In this document: positions 25,279 through 37,914 of the stretch, in pieces
Numbering within the stretch: position 1 is the first letter of the stretch
Layout of the letters: every line of letters starts with the position of its first letter
Assembly (NCBI RefSeq): GCF_009834535.1
Contig: NC_045705.1
Location: 55,056,001-55,120,000, forward strand
Direction: 5' to 3'
DNA length: 64,000 bases
Source of the DNA: Camelus ferus
Lineage: Eukaryota
Program-made: the position numbers and the translations under genes
Notes under the pieces: generated by a model
Seen by the model: the letters and a program-made list of their open reading frames with translations, nothing else
Databases searched by the model: none
Told to the model about the DNA's origin: nothing

Positions 25279-28200
25279 GCAAGGAAATAATGTGACACAA
25301 ATTAGATTTTTTTAAAGCTCACTCTGGCTGCTGTGTGGAGAACAGATTACAGAGATGCAAGAGTGAAAACAGGAAATCAGTTAGGAAACCATCCTAAGCC
25401 AAGTATGCACAACATATAGGAAGGAGATCCTGTTGACTTGGAAGGTATTTCACAGGGAAAACCCCAGGTTCAGCAAGCTGGGAAGAAAGCTACAGGGGAA
25501 TGGAGTGGAATGGTTGAAGTGCAGATTTCAGAGCTGATGCAGTGATGGGTGATGAGATATGGGTGGTGCTCACGGGGGCATGGGAGTGGACAGCTGAGGT
25601 GAAGTGAAGGAAGAGCTCACAGTGGGGTGAGGAGGCTGAGGTACTAAAATCTTGATAGTGGGGGGGGGGGTCACCCTATAGATGTCAGAGCCACTGAGGA
25701 TGATGGCAGGAGGGTGTGTTAGTGGAGGTATGGATAACGGAAGAGAGTGCACCAGAAGAAAGACTTCAGCAAGGGGAGAAGCAGCCACGAAGTCAGTGGA
25801 GACAATATCAAGGAGGGGTGTTGGAGGCAGAAGGCACGAGCTTCCAGAGCCGAAGAAGAAGAAGAATTTAGAAGTGATCCAGTTGGGGGCGGGGAGGACT
25901 CAACCCCACCTTCTGGCCCTGAGGAATGTGGAGTATGAGACGAAAACCACTCTAACCTCAAGGAGACTGCAGAGGAAACTAGGTCACAAAGAAGTTAATA
26001 TTTGTGAAGCACTTAGAATCGTGCCTGGCACATAGTGTTGGTTAAATACATAAAAATTAATTAATTCAGATGGAGAGATGTAGAGAACTTTCAGAGAAGA
26101 GATAGAGGACGTGGGAAAGTTTGCACTATGCAGATCTTCCCTCCACAAGTTTGTAGTCTCTGAACACAGCTGCCGACAGCCTGTTTCTAGTAAGATTCCT
26201 CCCCTCCCTGTTCTCCGGGACCACCCCGCCCCTTTACTTTCAGCAGCTGATCTTGCCTGAGGCAAGCTAGGCATCCTCTACTTTTGCCCCCCTGTGCTCA
26301 AGTACATCTACCTCTCTTTTCTCTTCCTTCCATCCAGAGGATGGGGTCCACTCCCCATCTTCAGGCCAGCCTGAGCCACTCTCCCATCCCCAGATCTTGT
26401 CCCATGTCTCTTAGTCTTCTCCCCCTCTCCTTCTCTACTCGCTCCTCAATTTATAAACATGCTCCATGCACCCATTACACACAGATAAGAACTCCCCCTT
26501 GTCCCTTTGTCTCTCCCAGCTGCCAGCCAGTCCCTCAACCTCCTCAGTCAAACTGCCAACCTCCCATTCACTCCTCAACTGGCAACAGTGAGCCTGCCTT
26601 CTGCCACCACTCCACTCACTCTTTTCCTTACAGATAAAAGTACTCTTACAGTTGCCAAATTCAACGGGCATATTCCAGTCCGTCCCTTCCCTGACTCTTA
26701 GCTGCTTTTGCCGCTGACGACGACTTATTCTCTTCTTCTGGAACTGCATGCTCACTTTGCTGCCCTGACATTGTCTTTGCTTCTGCCTCTCTGCTCGTTC
26801 TTTGCTCTCCTCATTCAGTACTTGCTGAGTGCTCTGTCCTGCTCTAGGCACTGTATGCCCCTTCTTGGCGACCACATCCTCTCCCATGGCTACAGAGGCC
26901 ATCTAAATGTTGATGACCTTTCCATACTCATCTCTAACCTGGCTTCTTCCCAATTACTGGTCCCCTCTGCCCAGATGTCCCACTGTTTCAGTAAACTCAA
27001 CCAGGTCAATGCTGAACTTCCCTATTAACCACTCCTCTTTCTATGTTTCTCATCGTGGTGACTGTCACCACCATCCACTCAGTTACCTAAGCTAGGAATC
27101 TGGGAGGCAACACTCATGTCTCACTCCCCGTATCTAATCAAACAGCACCTCCTGCTGGCTGTACTTCTTAAATACTTCTCAAATTTGTTCCACCTTGGTC
27201 TTCTCAAATTGCTATTGCCTAGATCCAGGTCTGCCTCACCTCTTGCCTAGACTATTGCAAGAGTGTCTTGGTTAAGCACATACTTTGCCTTGGGTCTGGC
27301 TCCAGTGCTCACTAGCTTTGTTACCCTGGACCACTTACCCTTTCCGAGTCCATTAACAAACAGAGCGCTTAATAAATGGCAGTTGGATGCTGGGGATGCT
27401 GCTGCTGCTACCCCTTATCTGCTGTCTCATCACCTTCACCTTCACCCTCTGCGCAGAGGCAGTGAAGGGGAGTTTGATACAGTGTAGAGCTGGCGATACC
27501 GTGCTCCTGCAACTCCCTAGTGCTGTTGGGGTAACTTCTAAACTCCTTGGTGTGGCCCAGGAGCCCTCCGTGAGCTGGCCCCTGACTCTCTCTCCAGACT
27601 TCTCTTACCATTCCTTGCTTTCGACTTGGTCTCCAGCCACCTCAAACTGCTTATAATTCCCTACCTGGAGGGTGCTTTTTCTGCTACCTTCTGTATCTGG
27701 ACACCCTGCCTCCTCTCCCTGCACCTTTCTTTGGCCAGACTAACAGTTATCTGTCCATGAAGATTTTGCTTTTGTCACCTCCTTTGCAGCCCTTCCCTGG
27801 CTACCCTCTCTACCCACCCTTGACCCAATGCCCCTTCTGTGCATTTCCGTATCATTGCATCTACTGTATTCCTTACCTTAATGAGAAGTAACACTAATAG
27901 CCCACAATACATAGTGCTTTCTGTGAGTCAGGCATGTAAGCACTTTACATTTAATTCTCCACATCTTGTAAAGCCTGTGCTGTCTCCGTCTTACAAAGGA
28001 AGGATCCTTGGCTCGTAGAAATTAAATACCTTGTCAGGGTTCACACAGTGTAACAGGCGACCTGGGAACTGAACCCAGGCATCCTAGCTCCAGGACCCAT
28101 GCATTTAATCATTACATGTTCTCTTTCTATAAGCTCTATTTCTGCAACTTTTTTTTCTCTGTAGACTAGAAGTATTTTAGAGGTAGGCACTGTGGTTTAT

Positions 28201-31200
28201 CTTTGTATCCCCAGAGCCTGGCACAAATTTGGCAAGAGTAGGCAGTCAGTAAATGTTTAATGAGTTAGTGGGGTGGGGGAGGGGCTTCACACATTTTCTG
28301 TGAGAAGGGTTTGTAAACACCTGTGAAAGGTGAACCCCTGTTTGTGCACACTGTGAGGAATGCGGATATATCTGCTCTTCTGAGAGACTTCAGGGATGTG
28401 TTTCCACTCAGATGTGAGGAGTGAGGCCTTTTACACCTGCTGGTAAGACAAGATGCACGTGCCAACCAGAGGTTTCGAAATGAAGTGTAGCAGCACACCT
28501 GTGAGAAGAGGGATTGGCACCCATGGCAGGTGTGAGGACGGGTGCACGGACACAGCCCCACCCCTTCATTCCTTTGATTCCCCCTCCTCCCTGGCCAGAT
28601 GCCTCCAGAACTACATCCCTGCCCAGAGCCTGACGCTGTCTTGTCCAGTGTGTCGACAGACGTCCATCCTCCCTGAGCAGGGCGTCTCCGCACTACAGAA
28701 CAACTTCTTCATCAGCAGCCTCATGGAGGCCATGCAGCAGGCACCTGATGGGGCCCACGACCCCGAGGACCCCCATCCCCTCAGCGCAGTGGCTGGCCGC
28801 CCCCTCTCCTGCCCCAACCATGAAGGCAAGGTGGGCCCAAGCAGGCCCAGTGAGGCCAGGACTTGGGGTGGGCGGGCAGGAGAGGTCGGGGGAGGGGCCG
28901 AGTGGCTGTGGGTGAGAGGGTGTTTCTCTGGATAAGCGGTCCAGGTAGAGGGGCGCACCTGGAAGGGGAGAGGGAGGAGGGCAGATGAGGGAGGGGAGGG
29001 GACAAATAAGTTTGGTGTCTAGTCTTTGCCTGACTAGAGTCCTTATGCTGCCAGACGATGGAGTTTTACTGTGAGGCCTGTGAGACGGCCATGTGCGGCG
29101 AGTGCCGCGCGGGGGAGCACCGAGAGCACGGCACCGTGCTGCTGCGCGACGTGGTGGAGCAGCACAAGGCGGCCCTGCAGCGCCAGCTCGAGGCGGTGCG
29201 CGGCCGGTAGGCACCTGGCGGGAACCCTGGCTGGTGGGGCCTTACGGGATGGTGTTTTAACAGGGACAGGGGAGGGGTCCCGGGGAGGGAGAGACAAAAT
29301 TCTCAGGGAGGGAAGGGGGGTCTCAGGGAAGGGGAGTCCTGGACGGCAACAGTAGAGAGAAGGAATGGTCTGGTAAGGGCACCCTCAGGTGACCCCGGTA
29401 TGAGACGCTTCCCCTCCCCAGACTGCCACAGCTGTCCGCAGCCATCGCCTTAGTGGGGGGCATCAGCCAGCAGCTGCAGGAACGCAAGGCCGAGGCCCTG
29501 GCCCAGATCAGCGCAGCCTTCGAGGACCTGGAGCAAGCGCTGCAGCAGCGCAAGCAGGCTCTGGTCAGCGACCTGGAGGCCATTTGTGGGGCCAAGCAGA
29601 AGGTGCGTCTGCCCACCCTATCCTACCACCGTCAATCATGAAATGGCTTTATTGCCTCCATGCTTCCCTTGCTTTCCACACATGTGCATCCATCCCTAGT
29701 CTATAGTTTCTGCCTCCTGACGTGGCCCATAGGTGCTGTGGGCATCTCTGTCCCTTGTCCACTCTCACCCTCTTGTATTTTTTTCATGCCATAGTACTAC
29801 AAGCTCAGCAGGAATCAGAGGCACTCGCCTAAAATCCCCTCTCCACTCCCTGACCAGTCTGCTCACCCAGTCCTCCCGTAACCCCTCCTCAGGTGTTGCG
29901 GACGCAGCTAGACACTCTGCGCCAGGGGCAGGAACACATCGGCAGTAGCTGCAGCTTCGCAGAGCAGGCCCTGCGCCTGGGCTCAGCCCCAGAGGTGTTG
30001 CTGGTGCGCAAGCACATGCGAGAGCGGCTGGCAGCGTTGGCGGCACAGGCCTTCCCGGAGCGGCCCCACGAGAATGCGCAGCTGGAACTGGTCCTCGAGG
30101 TCGATGGGCTGCGGCGCTCGGTGCTCAATCTGGGCGCGCTGCTCACTACGAGCGCCACTGCGCATGAAACCGTGGCCACAGGCGAGGGCCTGCGCCAGGC
30201 GCTGGTGGGCCAGCCTGCCTCGCTCACCGTCACTACCAAAGACAAGGATGGGCGGCTGGTGCGCACAGGCAGCGCCGAGCTGCGCGCGGAGATCACCGCC
30301 CCCGACGGCACCCGCCTGCCCGTGCCGGTGGTGGACCACAAGAATGGCACGTACGAGCTGGTGTACACGGCACGCACCGAAGGCGAGCTGCTCCTCTCGG
30401 TGCTGCTGTATGGACAGCCGGTGCGCGGCAGCCCCTTCCGCGTGCGTGCCCTGCGCCCTGGGGACCTGCCACCTTCCCCCGACGATGTCAAGCGCCGCGT
30501 CAAGTCCCCCGGCGGCCCTGGCAGCCACGTGCGGCAGAAGGCAGTGCGTAGGCCCAGCTCCATGTACAGCACCGGCGGCAAACGGAAGGACAACCCTATT
30601 GAGGACGAGCTTGTCTTCCGTGTTGGTACAGAGGGCGAAGGGCAGAGCCAGATGAGGGTGGCGCAGGCGGGAGTAGGGAACAGGGCGGGGCCAGAGGCTC
30701 AAAATGACCTCACTGTGAATTTTTTAATTTCCATCCTATCTCTTCCCCACAGGCAGTCGAGGAAGGGAGAAGGGTGAATTCACCAACCTACAGGGTGTGT
30801 CTGCAGCCAGCAGCGGCCGCATAGTGGTAGCAGATAGCAACAACCAATGTATCCAGGTAAGCCCTCCCCCACCACCAAAATAAAGGTTTTCAAGTTACAG
30901 CTTCTTAAAAAAAAGAGAGAGAGAGAGAGTATACAGGTCACCTCCTGAAAGATGAAACCCTACAGATAGGGTTCCTTAACAAGCAATGAATCATAGCACC
31001 ACCTCTCACCCACCTACTTGCCACCCCTTCCTCACTGGCTGCGCAGTAACCAACACGTTCACAGCTAGGCACCGGGGTTGACCTTGCTGGCAGCCCCTAC
31101 CTCCCAGGCTGTGGCTTAGACCCGACCAGCTCCTGGACCCCCAAGAGCTGGTTCATTCTTCCTTCCCCTCTGCCTCCACCTAAGCCTCCACCTGGCTGGC

Positions 31201-34200
31201 TTACTTTCTCCCCTTTTCACCACCACATGGTCAGGATGCAGGCTCTGCCCTCCCCTGCTATCTTCCTACTGCCTGTGTGGCTCCAGAATGTGTGTTGTCT
31301 CTGTCAGTCTCTGCAGACATCCTGTTGACTAGACAGTCACATTGGGGTAACTTGTGAAAAGGGGCACCTCCAGTGGCTAGACTGTAGTGCAGTCTCATAA
31401 GTGGTCCTGCCCCTGGCCTTCCCAGAGCCTCACTCCCCTGAGTAAAGCACCCACTACATGAATGGACAGGCCTCTGCTGTACTTCCAGCTCCTTAAAGCC
31501 AGAAAATGTTTTTTACTCTCTCTGTTCCCTGTTGTGAGCCTAGGAGCGGGCAGAGCCTAGTGGCGGGTGCCAGTGTGATAGACGCAGTAGAGCAGGGAAA
31601 AGCTCAGGCTCTGAAACCAGGCACCTGGGCTTGAATCCTAGCTCTGCCACTTACTGACAAGTCATGTGACACCTCCGAGCTTCTGTGAACTCATGTGTAA
31701 AATTAGGAAAAGAATACCTCATAGGGTTGCTGGGAGCACTGAGTGACATAATGTACCATGCCTGACACCTGGTGAGCCTTCTAATGTTAGCTGTTGTTGA
31801 AAATATCATTGTCCAGGTGGAGGCTGTAGACAAAAGCCAGGAGGTGGGAAGGTACTGGAAGGGGTTGTTCAGGGAACTCGAAGGATCCCAGAGAGGCTGG
31901 AGGTGGATTACGATTAGGAGTTGGGCAGCTGAGGTCACGCTGTAAATGACTTTGGAGAGGAAGCTGTGGGATTTTGATTTTATCCAGGATTGTTTCTAAT
32001 TGCCATAAACTTTCAGTTCTTGGGAACATTTTATCAGGTAGCAAAACTTTTCCCTGAAGATCCTTACATCACATCTGAACATTTAAACTTCTTACTGACC
32101 TGCTGCCTGGGTACCCCTGTCACAGATCCAGCTCTGCCAAAGGGCTGTCACCTCCATGCCAGCTCCTCCTGGCCCTTGCTGGCCACCTAGCCAACTGAAG
32201 GTGCCAGGAAATCTTACGGGGGCCCAGGAAGATGTGCCACTTTGTCTCCCCAAGGGGAGGCTGTGCTTGTCCCTTGTTTCACAGTGTAGGGACTTAAGAG
32301 GGAGGACCCAGTCCCTTCTGAACGCTTGTTTTTCCTACAGCCATCCTCCCTGCCCCTGGTCCCAACCGCACTCCAACCTTGTAGCTTCTAGGAGCCTGGC
32401 TCTCAGATTCCAAAGCAGTTTCTCCTTCTCTTACTCTGGGGTCCTCAGGCCTGGTATGGGCCAGGCTCCCACGTGGACTATGGCTCCCTACTTAGTTCAT
32501 GAGGATTGCAGTCCTCTGAACTTTTCCTCCTTTGGACCTGGCTCTGGTGGTGGCAAATCCCCTCCTTGTGCTGAATCAGCATCAGCTGACAGAAGAGAGA
32601 AAACATTTTGTGATTTTGAATGAAGAATATGATTTGTATAACATCCTGGTGTGATTGTCTTAGTCTAGAAATTCTATCAGCTTTTCCATGAAAATGTCCT
32701 CATTTCCTTCAGACAGAATGTTAATCACATTCTCCTCTGAGCTCCCTCAGCCTTTTGCCATAGTACTTTGCATACTTTACCAGAATCACTGGCTTGTTTG
32801 CTTTATTTTGCTTTAGCTTCTCTCTCCCCCGACTCGACTCAGATCCTGAAGTTGCTTACTGCTACTATGGCATAGGAGAAAGATGTTCAGGACCAAATTA
32901 GGGCACCAGCAGATTCTAGAGATAAGGAAGCAAACACAGCTGGTTTCCAGGAGCCCTCAGATGTCAGGGCAAAGGGAGGGATCAAGAATTGCAGGCTGGG
33001 TGCCCTGGGTAGGTGTTGCCATTCAGGAGCAGGCCTGGGAGTAAGTTGATGAATTCGCTTTTGTGTGTGTTGAGTTGGAGATTGCTGTGCAGCATCCAAG
33101 TTGAAGCTGTCCGATTCTGGTCCGAGACTGAGCTGAGGAATTCATGCATTTGTTAAATGTTTGCTGTGTGCCAGTTTGCCACACCAGTGCTGCAAATGCA
33201 GCAGCGAACAGAACAGACACGGTCCCTGCTTTACCTGGAGCTTACATCCTTGGCGGGGGACAAGGATATTTAAGAGCTATTTAGTCACAGAAGTGACAGT
33301 GGGTATGAAAAGAGCTAAAACACATATATCATGGAGACCTAACTTTATGTATGTGTGTTGGTTCAGGGAGTGGAGTTGATCATTAAAAGCTGCTCTGAAG
33401 AGGTGACTGGGAAATTCTGAGAACTGGAAAATGAGTAGGAGTTGGCTAGGTGTAAGGGGTGGGACAGGATGGGATGGGAAGAGCAAGACAGCCCCCCACC
33501 CCCACCCCAGCCAAGCCTCAGTGTTGAGCTGGAAACTATGCTGCCGAGGCTGGAAGAGGCAGACATGTTGCCACAGTGCTGATCTGGTGGTAGCTCTAAG
33601 TCTCTCTCACAGCAGCTCTTCAGCCCATGGTGCCTACCTTCTTGTGCTGACAAGTGCTGTCCAACCATGGGGGAGCAGTGCAGAATCCAAAGGCTGTTCT
33701 GATCAGCCAGGGGAGGGCAAGATTCAGGGTCCACATCAGGAGGGAGTGATGTCCATTGATGGGACCAGTTCAAACAGCCCTGCAGGCCTAAGAAATGGGG
33801 ATGGTACAGGAGAAGAGGGACCAGTCCATTAAGAAGGGAGCAAGTTTGGATCAGAGAGCAAGGCCAGTTTCTCCAGTGCTGCCCCTGACTTGATTCATCT
33901 TATGTCTCTAGAGCCTCTAACAAAGCAGTGTGTGAGATGTGTGCAGTGAGTGATGTTTTGGCTGTGCAGGAGAGGCCAAAAGGCTTAACTCTACAGGAGA
34001 GGAGCATTAAAACAGGTGCTTTTAGGATGGGGAGACCTGAGCGTGTTGGGCAGCTAAGGTGGAGGAGGTTGGAGAGGGCAGGAGTTTGAAGGGTTTAACC
34101 CTGTCAGGGAGCAAGGTCACCGTATCAGTCTCACAGCCCGGATGGGCTAGTCCTTGCCCATCCCCCTACCCTCACCTGCCCCTTCCTTGTCTGCTACGAA

Positions 34201-37200
34201 GTCTTATTGAGTCTTCCTCCTCCATGTCTCTTGAGTCCATCTACTTCCCTCTAGCAAGTGGTCCCAGCCAACGTCATTTCTCACCTGGACCACTGCAGCA
34301 CCTCTGACTGGTTGGCTAGCTTCCAGTCCTGACTCCTTCCTGCAGCCAGAGTGCTCTTTCTGAAAAAGCTTCCATGTGTTTTTTCCTACGCCACCAAGCA
34401 ATTCTCCAAGTCTCAGTGAACACTGACCAGGGGTCCTGTAAATTTGATTCAATTCTGACACGGTCCACCTGGAGATAGTGTCACATCCCACAGGTTAAGG
34501 GCTCAGTTCCGAAAGACTGGCTCTACTTCAGATGCCAATTGAAAGTTCGGCTTGTCGCCTGTACTGACCAACCAGCTGTAAATTGGAAGTTCCCACAACC
34601 CACTTTTGGGGTTTAATTAATTAGCTAGAGCAGCTCACAGAAGTCCAGGAAACATTTAATTATGTTTACCAGTTTACTATATGGAATACAGATGAACAGC
34701 CAGGTAAGAGTTACGTAGGGTGAGGTCTGAAAGAGTCCCTAGTGTAGGAGCTTTGGTTCCTGTGGAACTGGGGTACACACCCTCCTGGCACCAATCCGGA
34801 AGTTCATCAAATCTTGTTGTTCAAGAGTATTTAGAGAGCTTAATCTGTGCTTCCCACCCGTTCTCCTTCCCAGAGGTTGGTGGGCAGGGCTGAAAGTTCC
34901 AGCTCTTCAATTGCATGATCTTTCTCGAGACCAGCCCCTCCTGAAGCCATCCAGGGATCTCACCCTACGTCTCCTCATTCGCATAAGCTCAAAAGGTCTC
35001 CTTTTGAATGACAGAAGACACTCCCATTAATCTAGAAATTCTGAGGGTTTGAGGAGCTCTGTGCCAGGCAAGGGGGACAAATACCAAATCTATTTCTTAT
35101 TTTACCATCAAAGCAAATCTCATCTTGTCACTCACAATTTTCAGTGAATCCTCATTATACCCAGAATAAAATCTTTTTCCTTTTGTTCTTTATGGGCCTG
35201 CCTGCTGCAATCCAGCCACACTGGACAGCAGCGTCCATACTGGACTCTGTGCCATTTACACACTGATGACTCTGCTTAAACACCTTTCTTCCTCCTTCTT
35301 TACCTGACAACTTTGGTTCCTCTCTTAGCATCCTTATTAGGCTCTTAGCTCAGATGGCCCCTGCTCTTGGAGCCTTTCCTGACCACCCCCACCCCTTTCA
35401 CAGTCTTACAATCCCATTCGCCCCTCTGCTGCATGTCCCCTAAGGTGCAGGCTGTGTCTGAGTCTTCTCTGTACCCCCAGCAGGGTGTCGGTAAGTACTT
35501 GCTGAATGAGGAATGAACTGGGGTCTCCTCCCTCAGGATCCTGCTCCCTTCCCTCTGTGCCCACAGTCTCTCCCCTCCTGCCCACTCCCTCCCTTGCTCC
35601 TCTGCTCCAGGTTTTCTCCAACGAAGGCCAGTTCAAGTTCCGCTTCGGGGTCCGAGGCCGCTCGCCTGGGCAGCTGCAGCGCCCCACAGGAGTGGCGGTG
35701 GACACCAACGGAGACATTATCGTGGCAGACTACGACAACCGCTGGGTCAGCATCTTCTCCCCTGAGGGCAAGTTCAAGGTGAGAGGCCTACTGTCACTCT
35801 ACTCTGCACCCCTGGTGGCCAGCTGAGGTGATCATTCTAGTGCCTCCTGGTGGTCAGGTCCTGGAATGCTTGGTCCATCCCCAACCTGAGGTTCTGCTTT
35901 GCTGCCAGGCTGGGACTACTCTCCCACCAGGCAGGTTAGAGCCCCTAANNNNNNNNNNNNNNNNNNNNNNNNNNNNNNNNNNNNNNNNNNNNNNNNNNNN
36001 NNNNNNNNNNNNNNNNNNNNNNNNNNNNNNNNNNNNNNNNNNNNNNNNNNNNNNNNNNNNNNNNNNNNNNNNNNNNNNNNNNNNNNNNNNNNNNNNCCGT
36101 TTTGGGGGTCGTGGGGCCACTGACCGCCACTTTGCAGGTATTGGGGGAGAATTCAGAGACCTATTCTGACACCCCAGTCCTAGAGAGCTTGCCTGGGTGC
36201 CCCAGCTCCAGAGACCCCTCCTGCTATATTTTGGCCCTAGGGGACCCCTCCCTTCATGGTGTCCTAGTAGCACCATCCCAGAGACCTCCCCGTCTCCTAG
36301 CACCCCAGCTCTCTCATCCCAAATGCTCTTCCCCATCCCACTCAGCATCCCAGCTTACTGCCAGAGAGCCTACTTTGTATTTTCAGGGCCCCATTTTGTG
36401 GCTGTGAACAACAAGAACGAGATTGTAGTAACGGATTTCCATAACCATTCAGTGAAGGTCAGTGTTCCCCCTCCCTCCAGGACCACTGTCCCAACATCCT
36501 TTCCTCTTCCACAAGACTCCTCTCCCCCTCACTTCCTTCTTTTCTCCCTTGAGATCATTGATTTGAACAGTCAACATTCATGGCATGGCTCCGTTGTCCC
36601 AGGCACTATGCTAGAAGCTGGGAATACTGTGATGAGTAAGGCAAATATGTTCCTTATCTTTTAGGAGGGGTGTGGTCCAGTAGGGGAGAGAAAAAGGTGC
36701 TAGGATATTACAGTGTGATGTGATAGATTCTGTGATAGGGGAGTGCAGGGAACTGGGGGAAGGCGTAGCAGGAGCATTTGATTCAGGTGAGACAGAGAAT
36801 GACCTAAAGCACAAGTGGGAATTAACCAGAAGGAGGAGGGACAGGAGGAGCCAAGAACTAGAGGTGGGAACCCTTACCGTGTAGTCAAGGAATTCCAAGT
36901 AGTTCAGACTGGATATGAGGAGGGGAGTGGTTCCAGGTGAGAACAGGGCTGGCTCATTCCCTTAAGGGGCTTCCTCTCTTCCTAAGAGCCACAGGGAGTC
37001 ACTGAAGGATTGCGGGCATCAGGGTGATGCAATCCTGTGTGTCTCAGAAAGATTGCTCTGGCTGGGGCGAGACTAAAGGCAGGAAGATCAATCTTTTGCA
37101 ATCATCCAGATGAGGACCATTGCAGTGGCAGTATGTGTATTGGGTACAGATTGAAGATAGAATCAGCGGGTTGTGGTAATTCATTGGCTGTCAAGCAAAG

Positions 37201-37914
37201 GAGAAGGTGGAGTCGAGAATGACTCATGGCCACCTGGGTGTTGCCAATCACTGAGAAAGAGAACATAGAAGAACTGCTTTCCCTGGGAAGATGAGCCGTT
37301 AGATCTGAGATGCCCAAGGGACATCAGCTGGCGATGTCCAGTAGGCAGTGAGATGCATGGACGTGAAGCCTGGAAAGAACTGGTTTGTAACTGCAGATCT
37401 GGGGGTCCTCAGCCCTGGGATTTCACCTCTTCCTCTTCCAAAGCCCCGCCCTCTGCCTGAGGCCAGGTCCCCAGTCCCCAGCCCTCTCCCCCTGCCAGGT
37501 GTACAGTGCCGACGGAGAGTTCCTCTTCAAGTTCGGCTCCCACGGCGAGGGCAATGGGCAGTTCAACGCCCCCACGGGAGTAGCTGTGGACTCCAATGGG
37601 AACATCATCGTGGCTGACTGGGGCAACAGCCGCATCCAGGTGAGGCGGGCCCAGGGATGGCATGAGGGGGAGGTTTCCTGCTGGGCCCCACACACCCCCC
37701 TCCCAAGATGCTGCCACCCACCTGATCTCACCTACGCCTCCAATCTCCACTCCTCCCNNNNNNNNNNNNNNNNNNNNNNNNNNNNNNNNNNNNNNNNNNN
37801 NNNNNNNNNNNNNNNNNNNNNNNNNNNNNNNNNNNNNNNNNNNNNNNNNNNNNNNNNNNNNNNNNNNNNNNNNNNNNNNNNNNNNNNNNNNNNNNNNNNN
37901 NNNNNCTCCAGTAG
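22736..37914 (+). CDS. TRIM3: Tripartite motif-containing protein 3 (BERP): RING, B-box, coiled coil, filamin repeat, NHL repeats; 744 aa expected
   Basis: join(22736-22866, 28599-28830, 29055-29206, 29422-29602, 29893-30625, 30753-30856, 35611-35778, 35969-36137, 36387-36457, 37499-37639, 37762-37914) = 2235 nt. All visible junctions are GT-AG and phase-compatible; the starts of exons 9 and 12 are inferred inside N runs. Confidence 0.96.
28599..28830 (+). CDS. TRIM3: TRIM3 exon 3
   Basis: [20 protein letters not shown]...LSCPNHEGK, 232 nt. Confidence 0.95.
29055..29206 (+). CDS. TRIM3: TRIM3 exon 4 (B-box)
   Basis: [51 protein letters not shown], 152 nt. Confidence 0.95.
29422..29602 (+). 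CDS. TRIM3: TRIM3 exon 5 (coiled coil)
   Basis: [22 protein letters not shown]...ICGAKQK, 181 nt. Confidence 0.95.
29893..30625 (+). CDS. TRIM3: TRIM3 exon 6 (coiled coil plus filamin repeat)
   Basis: 733 nt matching ORF 29893+ up to ELVFRVG; donor G/GTACAG. Confidence 0.96.
30753..30856 (+). CDS. TRIM3: TRIM3 exon 7 (NHL)
   Basis: [34 protein letters not shown], 104 nt, donor GTAAGC. Confidence 0.95.
31580..31800 (+). mobile_element. MIR SINE
   Basis: CCTGGGCTTGAATCCTAGCTCTGCCACTTACT MIR core. Confidence 0.65.
34410..35110 (-). mobile_element. MER21-family LTR inserted within an L2 fragment
   Basis: Minus strand begins ...ATAGATTTGGTATTTGTCCCC...CCTGGCACAGAGCTCCTCAAACCC and ends ...GTCAGAATTGAATC...ACAGGACCCC, matching recalled MER21 termini; L2 sequence on both sides. 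Confidence 0.6.
35611..35778 (+). CDS. TRIM3: TRIM3 exon 8 (NHL)
   Basis: [56 protein letters not shown], 168 nt. Confidence 0.95.
35969..36137 (+). CDS. TRIM3: TRIM3 exon 9 (5' part masked)
   Basis: Visible 36097-36137 encodes [14 protein letters not shown]; start inferred from expected 169 nt. Confidence 0.8.
36387..36457 (+). CDS. TRIM3: TRIM3 exon 10
   Basis: [24 protein letters not shown], 71 nt. Confidence 0.95.
36560..37410 (-). mobile_element. L2 fragment in TRIM3 intron 10
   Basis: Antisense L2 3' region (CCAGGCACTATGCTAGAAGCTGGGAATAC...). Confidence 0.55.
37499..37639 (+). CDS. TRIM3: TRIM3 exon 11
   Basis: [47 protein letters not shown], 141 nt. Confidence 0.95.
37762..37914 (+). 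CDS. TRIM3: TRIM3 last coding exon (mostly masked)
   Basis: Visible CTC CAG TAG (LQ*) at 37906-37914 matches the known ...YLQ* end; start inferred from expected 153 nt. Confidence 0.75.
   Translation, partial: XXXXXXXXXXXXXXXXXXXXXXXXXXXXXXXXXXXXXXXXXXXXXXXXLQ

Larger units (their letters stand above)
16500..27880. mobile_element. L2/MIR-rich TRIM3 introns 1-2: L2 approx. 16500-16985(-), 18050-18890(+), 20100-21420(+), 21440-22230(-), 23275-23850(-), 23870-24550(+), 24790-25420(-), 26050-27880(+); MIR approx. 22375-22525(-), 24555-24790(-)
   Basis: Recurrent L2 motifs (CCTAGCACAGTGCCTGG-like tails, CATCCACTCCCATGGC, AAACCTGGGAGTC and their reverse complements); boundaries approximate. TRIM3 exon 2 lies between them. 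Confidence 0.55.

Noticed and set aside
29889-30702. Antisense and alternate-frame ORFs of 193-239 aa over TRIM3 exon 6
   Set aside because: Shadow ORFs produced by high GC at third codon positions of the real exon.
35210-35235. REST/NRSE-like sequence near CTGGACAGC
   Set aside because: Left half and spacing do not fit the consensus, and it lies in L2-derived DNA.
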